DNA from: Guillardia theta CCMP2712
Lineage: Eukaryota; Protista; Cryptophyta
Direction of reading: 5' to 3'
Length of the DNA: 64,000 bases
Assembly (NCBI RefSeq): GCF_000315625.1
Contig: NW_005434536.1
Location: 90,383 to 154,382, forward strand
The notes below the pieces were generated by a model that was not told the origin of the DNA, did no database searches, and saw only the letters and a program-made list of their open reading frames with translations. Numbering within the stretch: position 1 is the stretch's first letter; each line of letters begins with the position of its first letter. Below, in pieces: positions 29,994 through 41,268 of this stretch. The position numbers and the translations under genes were made by a program.

Positions 29994-30181
29994 GGTTTTC
30001 TGGGGTGGTTCCGGGCTCGTCGGCTTTTTATTGACCCATCTAGAAAAAAAAACTCCCCGTCGAAAAAAATGACATCGAAAAAAAAATAAAAAAGTCTTAT
30101 CGAAAAAAAAACTCCCCTGGTCTGTCTTTTTAATTGCCTCCATGTAGCCATCTCCCTGCATCTGCACGATCCTGCCAAAGG

Positions 30182-31597
30182 ATGAATGCACTCCATCCGC
30201 TTGACCTTCCCACAGAGCCCCTCCAGGAGTATCCCGAGGAGGAGAAGGCCTTCATCATACCCACCGAAAAGCTTTCAGTCATTTCTAGCGCCTCTATCCC
30301 AGTGGACCCCGTCGAGCACGGCCTCCGTGTGCTGTACCGCTGCCTGCTCTCGACACCCTTCTTCGCGGTGGTGCAGCAGACGTTCTTCCGGGGCAATGTC
30401 ACCTGCGCGGACGTGATGCTGGAGACAGACAGGTCGAAGATACGGAAGGTGGAAGTGGCGGATTTGAAGGCCTTCGTCCGGAAGTACCTCGACCCTCTCA
30501 GGAGCTTCCACTTCGGCTGTGAGTACAACCATCCCATCCACCGGGAGCGGATCATGACCCACGGCTTCGCGCCCGCCTTCCGCGTGCTGAGCCTGGATAT
30601 CGACTCGGCGATGAGCGTGGAGCCCTTCTGGAAGCAGCAGGCGTTCATGACCTGCCTCCTCGCGAACGCGGTGCTGCGGCGCTTCATGCCCGCGGAGGCG
30701 ACCGAGCGCCACGTGCTGGTGTGCTTCACCGGGGGAGGGTGGCATGTCTACTTCGCCTGCGCAAGGCTGGCAAAGAGTCAGGCGCGGTGGGCGATCGTCG
30801 AGAACATCTCCCGCGCCTCGCTGTTTGCGACGGAGCGGGGTGGGGGCAGCAACCCGCGCTTCCGCCGTGACAGGGAGGGATTCCTGCAGCTTCCGTTCGG
30901 CTGTGAGTGGGTGGACGGGGACCTGTTGCATAGGCGGGTGGACGAAGCCCCTGATGTCGTCTGGAAATCGCGGGAGGATATCGCCTTGCTAGTGGATAAC
31001 TTGGGCTACTTCCTGCGGGACACGCAGGGGAGGCATCGGGAGTGGCTGGGGGAGAAGGGTCCCATCGTCTCCGTCCTCCGAAGCGTGCGCCACATCCCCC
31101 ATACACTGGATGTCAAGGAGAGATTGGATGGCCTTGTGCGGGAGGTGCGGGAGGGAAGGGTGAGGCTGTTGGGCCCGCTGTTCTCGTCGCTATCCCGCAT
31201 CTCGCAGTTCGAGAACATGCAGGCGAGGAGGAGTTGCGTCGCCGACGCGGCTTGGCTCAAGGGTGCGGTGATGTACGCCTGCATCAGCCATGATTGCTTC
31301 GTGAGCGGCTACCACGTCGACCAGAACTGCGGCCAGATGCAGCAGATGCTCCGCGGCCCTCTCTCCGCCAAAGTGAGGGCCTCGGGGGGCTGCTTCCTGT
31401 CCTACCCCATCGGGAATCTGTCGGAAGTGCTCCAGGCGACCTATAGAGAGGCCGTCGTGCGCGTCACCGACCTGTCCGATACCTACGACATCGAGAAGCA
31501 GCCGGTGCTGAAGAAGGGCCTCGCCAGGTTCTACGCCTGGGCCAGGCTGATGCGCCGGAGTACGAATCGAGGAAGGGATGCCGAGGATAACGATTAA
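30182..31597 (+). CDS. archaeo-eukaryotic primase (AEP) catalytic subunit
   Basis: Motif I LSLDID, motif II FTGGGWHVY, motif III HVD...MLRGPLS. Confidence 0.82.
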   Translation: MNALHPLDLPTEPLQEYPEEEKAFIIPTEKLSVISSASIPVDPVEHGLRVLYRCLLSTPFFAVVQQTFFRGNVTCADVMLETDRSKIRKVEVADLKAFVRKYLDPLRSFHFGCEYNHPIHRERIMTHGFAPAFRVLSLDIDSAMSVEPFWKQQAFMTCLLANAVLRRFMPAEATERHVLVCFTGGGWHVYFACARLAKSQARWAIVENISRASLFATERGGGSNPRFRRDREGFLQLPFGCEWVDGDLLHRRVDEAPDVVWKSREDIALLVDNLGYFLRDTQGRHREWLGEKGPIVSVLRSVRHIPHTLDVKERLDGLVREVREGRVRLLGPLFSSLSRISQFENMQARRSCVADAAWLKGAVMYACISHDCFVSGYHVDQNCGQMQQMLRGPLSAKVRASGGCFLSYPIGNLSEVLQATYREAVVRVTDLSDTYDIEKQPVLKKGLARFYAWARLMRRSTNRGRDAEDND

Positions 31598-31658
31598 GGG
31601 CCTTTTATTCTAAGATTTAGAAAGGGTAGGTCTACCAAAGAGTCGAATATGACGCTGT

Positions 31659-32009
31659 CTAGTAAAAGAATTTCTCATTCTTGCTGTCATCCTCAAAGCG
31701 TTTGATCTCTTGTTGCATCCGTTTGCTGGTATCGTTGGCAAATAAATGATTGCCTGTAGCGTTGGCAAGGCGGGTGTGTTGGGCAAGCTGGACCTCGAGA
31801 ATGTGAATGTGATTGTCAAAGAATTTGACCCTTATGTTGCACGGGATGCGGTCTTCGTAATTCATCTTGAAGTGCTCAGATTTCCACTCGTAGCGAAAGT
31901 GCAATTCGCCTTTGTCGTTCATCTTGGGTGTGAGCGGGACTTCGGTTCTCTTACGCTTGCCATAACCTCCCCAGGTATACCCTCCAATAGGAATGTTGTA
32001 AGTGAACAT
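31659..32009 (-). CDS. hypothetical protein
   Basis: ATG 32009 follows TATTTAAA at ~32044-32051. Confidence 0.65.
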   Translation of the reverse strand: MFTYNIPIGGYTWGGYGKRKRTEVPLTPKMNDKGELHFRYEWKSEHFKMNYEDRIPCNIRVKFFDNHIHILEVQLAQHTRLANATGNHLFANDTSKRMQQEIKRFEDDSKNEKFFY

Positions 32010-32114
32010 TGTCGTTTTCGGTGTCTGATGCTGTGTTTTCCGATTTAAATATGATTTGGAAAGAAAGATAGGAACGGGCAAGGTGGGCGGCGGGTTGCTG
32101 ATTTTCTCCCAGGT

Positions 32115-33941
32115 ATGTCGTGGAACAGCCTGGAGGAGTTCATCAGCTTCTTCATCGCTAGCCAGGAGTGCGCGCCGCTGCCAGTCCTGACGCTGCACGA
32201 GGAGAGCGGGGAGGATCGCGTGACGAACGGCTTCGATCTGCTGTTTGAGATGATCCGCCAGTCGATCTACAGCTCGGCGGCGTTCAGCGACGAGGAGAGG
32301 GATGCCATGAAGAGGAAGAAACTGGACCTACTACGAAGGCTCAGGGCTGCGCTGAAGGACATCGACACGGGTTGCTTCAAGCAAAATGGGATCAACGTGC
32401 TCTCGCACTGCTTGAATAAGGACAGTGTCTCCATCCTCAGGCTTCTTGTATTGTCCATGCTGAAGAGAACCGTCTACGCGAATTTCAAAATTCCCTTGAG
32501 TTATTTTTCACCAGAGGATGGGGACTTCACTCCTGCTATCAAGGCTGTCGCAAAACCCCTTATTGAGGGTGGGGAAGCAAAGACTTTCCTTAGACTCGAG
32601 TATAACCTCAACAACCTGTACATCACTCTGCAGCCTCTCGACTTCAAGGTCTTCCATATGTCTACCCTGGTCAATCGTGAGATGATCAAGGCCAGTGATG
32701 AGGTGTGGGAAAAAGCTCTTGAACTTCAGGGGGATGACAATGATGCAGTGGCTGATGCATCCACCGATAAGTCGAAGAGGCGACTGGGGAAGCCTGTAGC
32801 GGAAGGGAATGTCACGCTTTACAACTTTATCAAGGCGGCCCTCCCTAACCTTAGGTACGAAAAGAGACCGTCCGCCCCCTGCATGATGTGCATGATCGTC
32901 AACTCGATGATTTCCGTCAATGTTGACAATGTAAACAGACATCGCCAGGCATGGTGCTGCTGCAATCAGACGGACTTGGCTGTCTTGAGGTGTCCTTTCA
33001 AGGACACAACCATCAACTTCACCATCTGCACCCATTACATCACCCTTCTTCACACGGAGAAGTGCGATAACAACGGTGTTATTACCTGGTGGGAGAATGA
33101 GAACCTTCTTCAGACGCTTATCGAAGATTTCCTTCTTATGGACGGACCCGAATCCGACATGCTGTACGCAAGCAACAGCTTTGTCCCTGTCAGGGCTGAA
33201 ATCACCGATTGTAACTGCAACCAACGGTGGATCAAGTTCAACCCCGAGAAACGGGCCAACAAGGAAGGAAAGCTCAAAAATCTTGTGGCTAGATCCAATC
33301 TGCTTCAGCCATTCGAGGAGAAGGACGGCGACAAGCACGGTGAGCTCAATAAGTTGTTCAACCAATACTTGGTGTCCTTATTGAAGAACCCGAAGGGCAT
33401 GACCAGAAACCCCGTCATGGCCAACAAGAACAAGAACAAGGGAGGTCCAAGGCCGGAGGTGCAGGAGAAGGAGATCCGCTCCGAGCAAGATATCCCCAAG
33501 CCCCCCCGGAAGAAGCAGAGGAGGATCGATTTTTCTTCTGCTCTTGCTGTTGCTGCTTCTGCTGTTGCTGCTTCTGCTGTTGCTGCTTCTGCTTCTGCTT
33601 CTGCTTCTGCTGATCATGCTTCTGCTGATCATGCTGCTGCTATCGCTGAAGAGAAGAAGCGTGCCGATGAGGCACAGGCAGAAAACGCAAGGTTGAAAGC
33701 TATGCTTGACCAGCTCAAGGCTCAGATTGCCGCGTCTGCGGATGGACCTGTGTCTGGACCTGTGTCTGGACCTGTGTCTGGAGCTGTGGTTGAGGCTGAT
33801 GCTGCTTCTGCTGCTGAGCCTGTGGCTGCTGAGCCTGTGGCTAATGCCGAGGCTGAGGCTAATGCCGAGGCTGAGGCTAGCCGTTCGTCTAGGAAGCGTA
33901 AGGCGGATCTTCGCGATGTGCCTAAGAATCCCAAGGAGTAA
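32115..33941 (+). CDS. hypothetical protein with Cys clusters, NLS-like motifs and Ala-rich repetitive tail
   Basis: 608-aa ORF containing CMMC/CCC, PPRKKQRR and AVAAS/GPVS/AEAEAN repeats. Confidence 0.75.
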   Translation: MSWNSLEEFISFFIASQECAPLPVLTLHEESGEDRVTNGFDLLFEMIRQSIYSSAAFSDEERDAMKRKKLDLLRRLRAALKDIDTGCFKQNGINVLSHCLNKDSVSILRLLVLSMLKRTVYANFKIPLSYFSPEDGDFTPAIKAVAKPLIEGGEAKTFLRLEYNLNNLYITLQPLDFKVFHMSTLVNREMIKASDEVWEKALELQGDDNDAVADASTDKSKRRLGKPVAEGNVTLYNFIKAALPNLRYEKRPSAPCMMCMIVNSMISVNVDNVNRHRQAWCCCNQTDLAVLRCPFKDTTINFTICTHYITLLHTEKCDNNGVITWWENENLLQTLIEDFLLMDGPESDMLYASNSFVPVRAEITDCNCNQRWIKFNPEKRANKEGKLKNLVARSNLLQPFEEKDGDKHGELNKLFNQYLVSLLKNPKGMTRNPVMANKNKNKGGPRPEVQEKEIRSEQDIPKPPRKKQRRIDFSSALAVAASAVAASAVAASASASASADHASADHAAAIAEEKKRADEAQAENARLKAMLDQLKAQIAASADGPVSGPVSGPVSGAVVEADAASAAEPVAAEPVANAEAEANAEAEASRSSRKRKADLRDVPKNPKE

Positions 33942-34051
33942 GTGGTTAGTTTAACCTACTGAAACCACATATAATTTCGACTTTGAATTTCGAATAAACT
34001 ACTATATACAACTAATCTGATGTCACGGCCGGTAGCATAATTGACCGTTAA

Positions 34052-34667
34052 AAGGAAGAATGAGTGATTTTAAAGGGTTGTAGATCAATTCCTACGGCTT
34101 AGCTTGATTCCCATAGGGTTAGATTCAATGTGGGCCTCAAGGTTTTAAATCCCGAGTTGATCGGCTTACAAGCCGGCTGACTGAGTAGTCTGCACGTGGT
34201 CGGTAGAATAAGTGATTGAAAAAAGAGACAATGAGTGGTTTTAAAGGGTTGTAGATCAATTCCCACGGCTTAGCTTGATTCCCATAGGGTTAGATTCAAT
34301 GTGGGCCTTAAGGTTTTAAATCCCGAGCCGATCGGCTTACAAGCCGGCTGACTGAGTAGTCTGCACGTGGTCGGTAGAATAAGTGATTGAAAAAAGAGAC
34401 AATGAGTGGTTTTAAAGGGTTGTAGATCAATTCCTACGGCTTAGCTTGATTCCCATAGGGTTAGATTGGATGTGGGCCTTAAGGTTTTAAATCCCGAGTC
34501 GATCGGCTTACAGGCCGGCTGACTGAGTAGTCTGAACGCAGGTGGATGAATAAGTTATTGAAAAAAGGAAGAATGAGTGATTTTAAAGGGTTGTAGATCA
34601 ATTCCTACGGCTTATCTTGATTCCCATAGGGTTAGATTGGATGTGGGCCTTAAGGTTTTAAATCCCG
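34052..34667 (+). repeat. tandem repeat, 171-bp unit, ~3.6 copies
   Basis: TAAAGGGTTGTAGATC recurs at 34071, 34242, 34413 and 34584. Confidence 0.95.
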
Positions 34668-35463
34668 GAACTGCACCGGGTGGTCGCTTATTGCGGCAAT
34701 GTCCGTTCTACCTTCTTGGTCAGCACATATAGTGTACTGGGGTAAATTTCGTCGTGGAACCCTGCAGACTCACAAGAGCCTAGCTCTAAGAAATATATAT
34801 CGATGGTCCTGCTCTCGTGGGGGCAGTGCTGGTTGAAATTTCCTAGTGCATTGTTATAAAAAATCCACCCGAGCACTATACGACCATGTGCAAAGCTGAC
34901 CAAAATTCGAATTTTTGGGTTTGTGGACTTGCATGGGGGGTGGGTACGGTCTCTGGAACCATCTGCGAGGTCTAGAACGGCCTCTGTCATCAAAAAACAC
35001 GTAAGCCTCTGAAAAGTTCAGGCCATGACTAAGTGAGCCCGGCAAAAGTTCATGTATCGAAGACCGGCCCCGGGCACTATGGGGACCCCAGATGGGAGCT
35101 ATACTATCGATTACAAGGCCCTAGAGCCAAGGTCTAAGATTTCTTGAAAAGTTCAGGAACGATCATGACCACCCCACCCCCTGCTCTGACCGCATGGGCA
35201 TGGTAAAATAGGTGGTGTTGGGTGGTTGATGCGGCCAGTCGATGGGAGGCTGTAGGGAGGGGAGGGGAACGCTTAAAGCTCTTCCCCTGGGCCGTTTTCG
35301 ATGCTTCTTGCATGTGTCCCGACTTACTTTGATGTCCTGGGATCGATTTTTGGGGTTAAATGTTGCGTTTCTGTGAGGATAACACATTTTTCTTATGATG
35401 CTCCCTATTTGACGGTTACATTGCATGCTCAGCCATTTTGTGATTTTTAACTTGCAGGGTGAA

Positions 35464-36574
35464 ATGTCTTCGGAGCGCAAGACAAGGAGCACCAAGAGGG
35501 TCAATGAAGACAACTTCAAGCAAAATCTCGAGGCTGCAGGTGATTTCTTTGCGATTCACTGCTCTCGCTGCCCTATTTTTTTGAATTTGATATGAAAATG
35601 CATGCACTTTGGATGTGAAAATGCGTTTCTTGCGCTGAAACTTTGTGGCAGAGCCTGAGAAGAAGAAGCAATGCTATGGGCAAGCCCCAATCATCAAGAA
35701 TTTGTCGGAGATTGTCAAGGTCTCGATGCTTGAGTCCGACAAGACCAAGCCTGAGGCCAAGCTTTCGTGCATGCATGGGGAGGCGGGTCAAGCGTGTAAG
35801 GAGGATTATGGGGCTTGTGCATCCAAGGATCTACTCCCTTTTATTGCCCATTACAAATGCTTCGATGTTTCGAAGAAGGAGAAATTTCCAAGCCCCGATT
35901 TCCTGCATTTCTGGGGAACCGCAGGCTGGTCGTTGCATGGATTTTCTGCTACAATGAAGGTCGGTGGGGTGATGGAGAAGGTCGATGCAGAGAACTCATC
36001 TTGTCAGAACCTTGTAAAGGCCTGCAAGTCACTGAGCTCTGTCAATCCCGATGAGATGAAAATCCAGCACATCCTCCGTGCGATGTTCTCGGTGGAGAGC
36101 CTGTGGTCCAAGATCCCTGTAGAGGACTACTGGAAGTTTCTAGCTGACCTGAGCACATCGCAAGAAGTCCTTGATACCGGGATGGATGATTTCGTCTTAA
36201 TAGTCATGTGTAGTGCCCATGCCTACTTCATCCGGGAGTTTGATCGCAAGGACTTAAAGGATGACCATCTGAACATGTATCAATGGATGCATTGTACCTT
36301 ACCAGAGCTCATTTGCAAGGGGTTTAAGAATTGCAATGATCTCTACAATTCCTACATAAAGTGGATTTCGAAGAATTTTGACATTGTCGATGCAAAATCT
36401 ATAGACATGTTGGGTTACATCAAGGTGATCGTCAATTACTATTGCTTCAGCTTCCTTCGATACTCGGACAAGTTCACCCGTGAATATATGAAGACAGTGG
36501 CTCCCAAGGGCATGAACGTCGATATTGTAGATAGTGCATGCCTTGTGATGAGGAATGTTCAATGCAAAATATAA
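35464..36574 (+). CDS. hypothetical protein with predicted spliceosomal intron 35540-35651
   Basis: Exon 35464-35539 (MSSERKTRSTKR...EAA) joins in frame via GT...GCTGAA...CAG to the ATG-less ORF 35645..36574. Confidence 0.6.
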
Positions 36575-36577
36575 ATT

Positions 36578-36780
36578 TTAACGGTTTTCAACGGTTTAAC
36601 GGTTTAACGGTTTTCAGATTCTGGCCAAGGGGGGGGGCCTTCCCTGGGGGCCTGGGCTCTATTAGTAATTATAACATTAGTCAATTTAGTACAACAGAGC
36701 ACCCCACCCCTGAATGTCAGTCTCTGTAGGGGTACTGGCTAAATCAGACCTGTACCCACTGCATGCTGCCCATCACAGGG
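36578..36780 (+). repeat. dispersed second copy of block 23252-23395
   Basis: Shared TAACGGTT x3-4, CAGATTCTGGCCA-G-run-CCTT, GCACCCCACCCC and terminal TCACAGGG. Confidence 0.85.
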
Positions 36781-36809
36781 TGATCATCACTATATAAAAC
36801 GGTGAGTGA

Positions 36810-36845
36810 GTGTGTGTGTGTGTGTGTGTGTGTGGAGAGAGAGAG
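36810..36845 (+). repeat. (GT)n(GA)n microsatellite in 5' leader
   Basis: Directly visible between TATATAAAA (36790) and ATG 36846. Confidence 0.9.
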
Positions 36846-38102
36846 ATGGATTACGCGGAGTGCAAGAGGCGAGTGAAGAACATAGATTCATATCTTGATG
36901 AGATCATTCGCCTTCAGAATCGTATCCTCACTATTCAAGACACTCAGATCAAAAACATGGACAGGAAGGCAAGGAAGGAGTTCATCAACAATATCTCACT
37001 GCTGGAGGGGATAGATTTTTATGCATCGAGCATCGATGAGAGGGCGAGATTGATTTACAACATTTCCGGACAGGTAGAAGATCTGTCTACACAACAACTC
37101 ATTGAAAAGTATGGACCATTGGTGCAAAATACAACCATCAACAGAACCATAAGCTATTTGAGCACCATACTTAAAGATTACTATGAATCACTCCATAATA
37201 ATGGGTCTCTCAAGGATATATTGGGTAAAGCCAGAGATGATCTACAGCGCAAATTGAATATATTGGAGACATACATTCAATTATTGTCAAGTTTCACGTT
37301 TAATCATGCAAGTCATGGAGATCATGAAAGTAGCCTGGGTAATCTGCGAGCAAAATCCAATAAGGAGACGGGGTACAGGGTCTATTACTTGAAAGCTGCA
37401 CATAAGATTGTGAAAGAAATTGAATCAATAATGGAACAAAGATATAATATGCAGTTTAAGCATGGTGAAAATTTTATTGATGAACGTAATGAGCATCCAG
37501 ATGATTTTATACGCTTTATATTCATATTTCTTAACGATGCAAGGAAGAAGTTTATCAACAATTCGTCACTGCTGCAGGGGATCGATTTATATCGATTGAA
37601 CATCGACGAGAGGGCGAAATTGATTTACAACATTTCCGGATCCTTACAAGATCAGATTGCACAACAAATCATTGATCAGTACAAATCATTTGTTAATGAC
37701 TCTTCCATGAACAAAACCATAACCTACTTGAGTATTATTCTTGAAGAGTACTATCAGATACTTGATGACAATGGGAAAATTAGTGATATGTTTGATGAAG
37801 AAAATATTTTACGGAAAGAATTGGATCAGTTGAAGTTATACATTCAACACTTGTCAAGTTTTACTTTTGAACATTTGGATGCTGTAAAATTCAAATCTAG
37901 CCTTGTGCATCTCCAGATAATGTCCGACACTAAAACAGGGTACAGGGTGTATTACTTGAAAGCTGCACATGATGTTGTGAAGAAAATTGAAACAATAATG
38001 GAACAAATATATAACATTCAATCTAAACATGGCGACAATTTTTTCGATGGACTTCTTAGTAATCGAAATAATCATATACACTTCATATTCGTATTTAATT
38101 AA
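36846..38102 (+). CDS. AT-rich protein made of two ~190-aa tandem domains
   Basis: ARKxFINN...IDERAxLIYNISG...TGYRVYYLKAAH...KHGxNF occurs twice. Confidence 0.8.
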   Translation: MDYAECKRRVKNIDSYLDEIIRLQNRILTIQDTQIKNMDRKARKEFINNISLLEGIDFYASSIDERARLIYNISGQVEDLSTQQLIEKYGPLVQNTTINRTISYLSTILKDYYESLHNNGSLKDILGKARDDLQRKLNILETYIQLLSSFTFNHASHGDHESSLGNLRAKSNKETGYRVYYLKAAHKIVKEIESIMEQRYNMQFKHGENFIDERNEHPDDFIRFIFIFLNDARKKFINNSSLLQGIDLYRLNIDERAKLIYNISGSLQDQIAQQIIDQYKSFVNDSSMNKTITYLSIILEEYYQILDDNGKISDMFDEENILRKELDQLKLYIQHLSSFTFEHLDAVKFKSSLVHLQIMSDTKTGYRVYYLKAAHDVVKKIETIMEQIYNIQSKHGDNFFDGLLSNRNNHIHFIFVFN

Positions 38103-38599
38103 CTCAACTGTTATTGATGATGGATCATGGAAGTCAGAGATACTAGATTGAAGGACAGCAAGCTACCCCCCAACCTGGGTGTGTTCGTCAAGAGCGATGG
38201 CCTGGACCTCCTCTGCAATGTCGAGGAGGCGGTGACCAAGGCCGAAGACAAACATTGCTTGTTCCATTACAGTCTCGGGCCGCTGGGTTGCGTGACTTCC
38301 AAAAAACAACCCGAGGGGGAGTTGACAGACACCCGGTAGTTGAAGCTCTGCTGGATACCGTCGGCGCGTGTGTAGGTTGTGCTGTTCTTGATGAGCTCGA
38401 TGGAGAGAGCGAGGGAGCGGATTCGCTTCTCCTTCTCCTCTTGCTCCATCACCATGCTGTGTGGGGAGTGAAGCCCGCCCCTAGATTTTTTTTTCCTGTT
38501 TTTTTTTATTTTTTTTAATACCAAAAAAAAAGGTTTTCCCTCCAAGTAGCCCGTCCCGCCACCGCCCGTCCAAGACTATTCCCGCCACGCGAGAGCAGC

Positions 38600-40319
38600 A
38601 TGCCGATTAACAAGAGCAACCGCCCCGAGTCCGATGCCTCCATGGAGGTTGAGGATGTTGTAGAAGCTACCCCCGGAAGCTATGCAGGAGGCCACCGTCA
38701 ACACGGAGCTCCTGGTCCCCGAGCCGCTCCTGCACCCCAGCAACCTGTGGCTGGAGGGGCTGGCGCTCCCCTCCCCGGAGGACCGCCACGAGAACCTCCC
38801 CACGGTGATCGCGATGGTGGTGGACCCGGTGTACTGCCGCCTGGGGGTGTTCAACCAGGAGAAGATGATCAGGCAGGGTTCGGGCAAGGAGCTCAGGTCG
38901 CTGGCGAGCCACTTTGTGGTGCTGGCGCCCTTCTCCGCGGGCTGGGGCAAGGCGCCGCTGGAGGACAAGCCGCTCAAGAACGCCGAGTTCCTGAGCGAGA
39001 TCCACGTCGATGCGGACGGGAGGCGCGGCCTGATGATCTACTCCTTCGACAAGCACGAGAGCAACCAGCAGTACAAGGGCGCCGTGAGGAAGGACCTCGC
39101 TACCCTGGTCCAGGCGGGCTGCACTCTGCGGCTCTCGACGACGGCGAAGACCTTCGACTTCGAGAAGCAGAACAAGAAGGCCGGGCAGAGGGCGCTGTTT
39201 CCGGATGTGGAGACCATCCCGCCCTTCACGCTCGTCAAGCTCTTCCTGAAGCCGAACAATGCCACGAAGGTCGACACCCCGGGGGACGTCGTCTCGATCA
39301 AGTGCATCGAGATCATCCCGCTCACGCTGTACTCCTTCGTGCCCGCTATGGGCGGCTTCCCCGCCACCTTTGAGGAGCAGAAGACCATCACGGAGGTGTG
39401 CAAGACCTACGCCCCCGAGGGCTGCCGCCCCTGCTCCAACTACCTCTTCAGCAACGGCGGGGAGGTGATGCTGCTGAGGAGCGTCTCCAGCCTCCTCCGG
39501 GCCTCCGTCGATGAGGACGGCGCCGGCGTCACGATCTCGAACGCCTGCCTCGACTTCGAGATGGGCAAGTCCATGGTCGATGAGGTGCGCATCGACGGCC
39601 CCACGCTGATGCGGTATACGAACTGCTCCACCGTGAAGCGCGCGTGCCAGCTGCTCGAGGTCGCCGCGAGCTGCGGGTGCCTTCAGCTGATGGTCGCCAA
39701 ATCCTGGGTCGCCAGGGAGACCGAGGATGGCCCCGGGAAGAACCAGCTCGTCTTCCGCGCCGCCCCCGTCATCGACTTCCTCCGCCTGCTCGGCATCGAC
39801 GTCTCCGCCGGCACGGACGACGACGTGCTCCGCTTCCTCCTCCACGCCCCCCAGACCCGGGACAGCACCGTCGTGATCCGCAAGGACGGCAACGCCAAGA
39901 TCAGCTTCGACGCGGCGCGGCGCTGCCTCGTCCACGAGACCCACCGCTTCTTCAACTTCGAGGAGGAAGGCAAGGAGCTCAAGCGGGAGATCATCGTCCG
40001 GCTCGACCTCCGCGTGCTGTCGGACCCTTCCAAGGGGCTCCCGGTGGACCCGTCGGTGTCCATGGACTGGCAGCCCTACCACGCGTCCTACCCCGTCCCC
40101 AAGTGCTGCCGCGTCCACATCGACCTCGGCCCCAAGCTCAACCCGGAGGGCTACGCCGTGGACATCGACATGCAGCCCGTCCCCAACTACCTCTGCATGC
40201 AGCTCAACCTCTCCTCCTCTCGCCCCCCCTCCGTCCCCGGGATGGGGAACGCCGCTCAGGAGGCCAAGACCTGCCGCAAGAGGGCCGCGCCCAGCGTGGA
40301 GGACGCCGACTCGTTCTGA
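38600..40319 (+). CDS. hypothetical protein (probable frameshift at C-run ~38670)
   Basis: 545-aa GC3-rich ORF 38682..40319. Upstream ATG 38600 joins it if one C is removed, and GCCCGTCC lies 36 nt upstream of 38600. Confidence 0.75.
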
Positions 40320-40391
40320 GTTTCTAAGTCTTTCTAAACTAGCATGATAGTAAAATTCGTAACGTTTATGATGATAATATGATATGGGAAT

Positions 40392-41174
40392 CTACATGTA
40401 GAGGTTGCGGGCCGCCGAGTTCAGCGCGCCCGAGATGTCGTCTTCCTCCGAAAGCTCCGAGTCCGAGTCCATGCCGCCGTTGAACTGCGACGCTCCCGTC
40501 ACCATGCCTTGTGGGTTGGTGTTCGTGGTGTTGGTATCATTCTCCTTCTCCTCCTTCATCTGCCTCAGGCGGGGGGTCAGCTGGTTTTTCGTCTTCAAAA
40601 CGTGTGTTTGCGCGATCCAGAGGTCCAGGTTGTAACGAGCCGGCATGTCTTTCCTCTTGTCCCACATGTCGACGAGTTTCAGATCATCCTGGGTTGGATT
40701 CTCTGGCTTCTTGTATGATTTTGTCATCCAGTTTTCAATCTTGGAATTTGGGAGCTTGGCGACATCCTTGGCCTCTTGCATCATCTTTTCGTCGTAGGCC
40801 TTGCGGTTGTTCCACATCTCCTTCTGCTCCTCAGTAATGCCCTTCTTATTGAGCTGTACCTCCGCGTTGTTCCGCATGATCAGGAATTTGACGTACTTCT
40901 CGTCGGCGTTGTGGTTATTGATGTTCTGCATCCGGAGGAAGAGATAGTCACCGTTGTTCATGCGCTTGATGGCACTGTCCTGGGACATGTCGAAATGGTA
41001 GACTGGTTTGTCATCCAGCTCTGATGTTATCACGCTACCGTCATTCTTGAATAGGATCTTGCTGTGTTTGAGCATCGCTCTGGCCTTAGCAGCCTTGAAT
41101 GTCTGGTGGTGTTGGTTCTCCTTGTTCCATCCTCCAGTTCTGATTTCACCGTTCTGCATCGCGTAGATAACCAT
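40392..41174 (-). CDS. hypothetical protein
   Basis: Long ORF; TATTTAAA upstream at ~41219-41226. Confidence 0.75.
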   Translation of the reverse strand: MVIYAMQNGEIRTGGWNKENQHHQTFKAAKARAMLKHSKILFKNDGSVITSELDDKPVYHFDMSQDSAIKRMNNGDYLFLRMQNINNHNADEKYVKFLIMRNNAEVQLNKKGITEEQKEMWNNRKAYDEKMMQEAKDVAKLPNSKIENWMTKSYKKPENPTQDDLKLVDMWDKRKDMPARYNLDLWIAQTHVLKTKNQLTPRLRQMKEEKENDTNTTNTNPQGMVTGASQFNGGMDSDSELSEEDDISGALNSAARNLYM

Positions 41175-41268
41175 GTGGTCTGTCACTGCCCGGCTCTGCG
41201 GGTCCCTGTTTCACAGGCTTTAAATATGGGCCAAATGGATGGGCATGTCAATCCCGGTACACCCTGCA

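Noticed and set aside
38127-38545. Small ORFs 38127..38339 (+) and 38267..38545 (-)
   Set aside because: Probably one frameshifted minus-strand gene (~38456 to 38160), but strand and frame cannot be fixed with confidence.
1788-40118. Long antisense/alternate-frame ORFs (e.g. 1788..2744, 7267..8235, 19780..20853, 24661..25935, 38667..40118)
   Set aside because: They are shadows of GC3-rich genes, lack motifs and have skewed composition.
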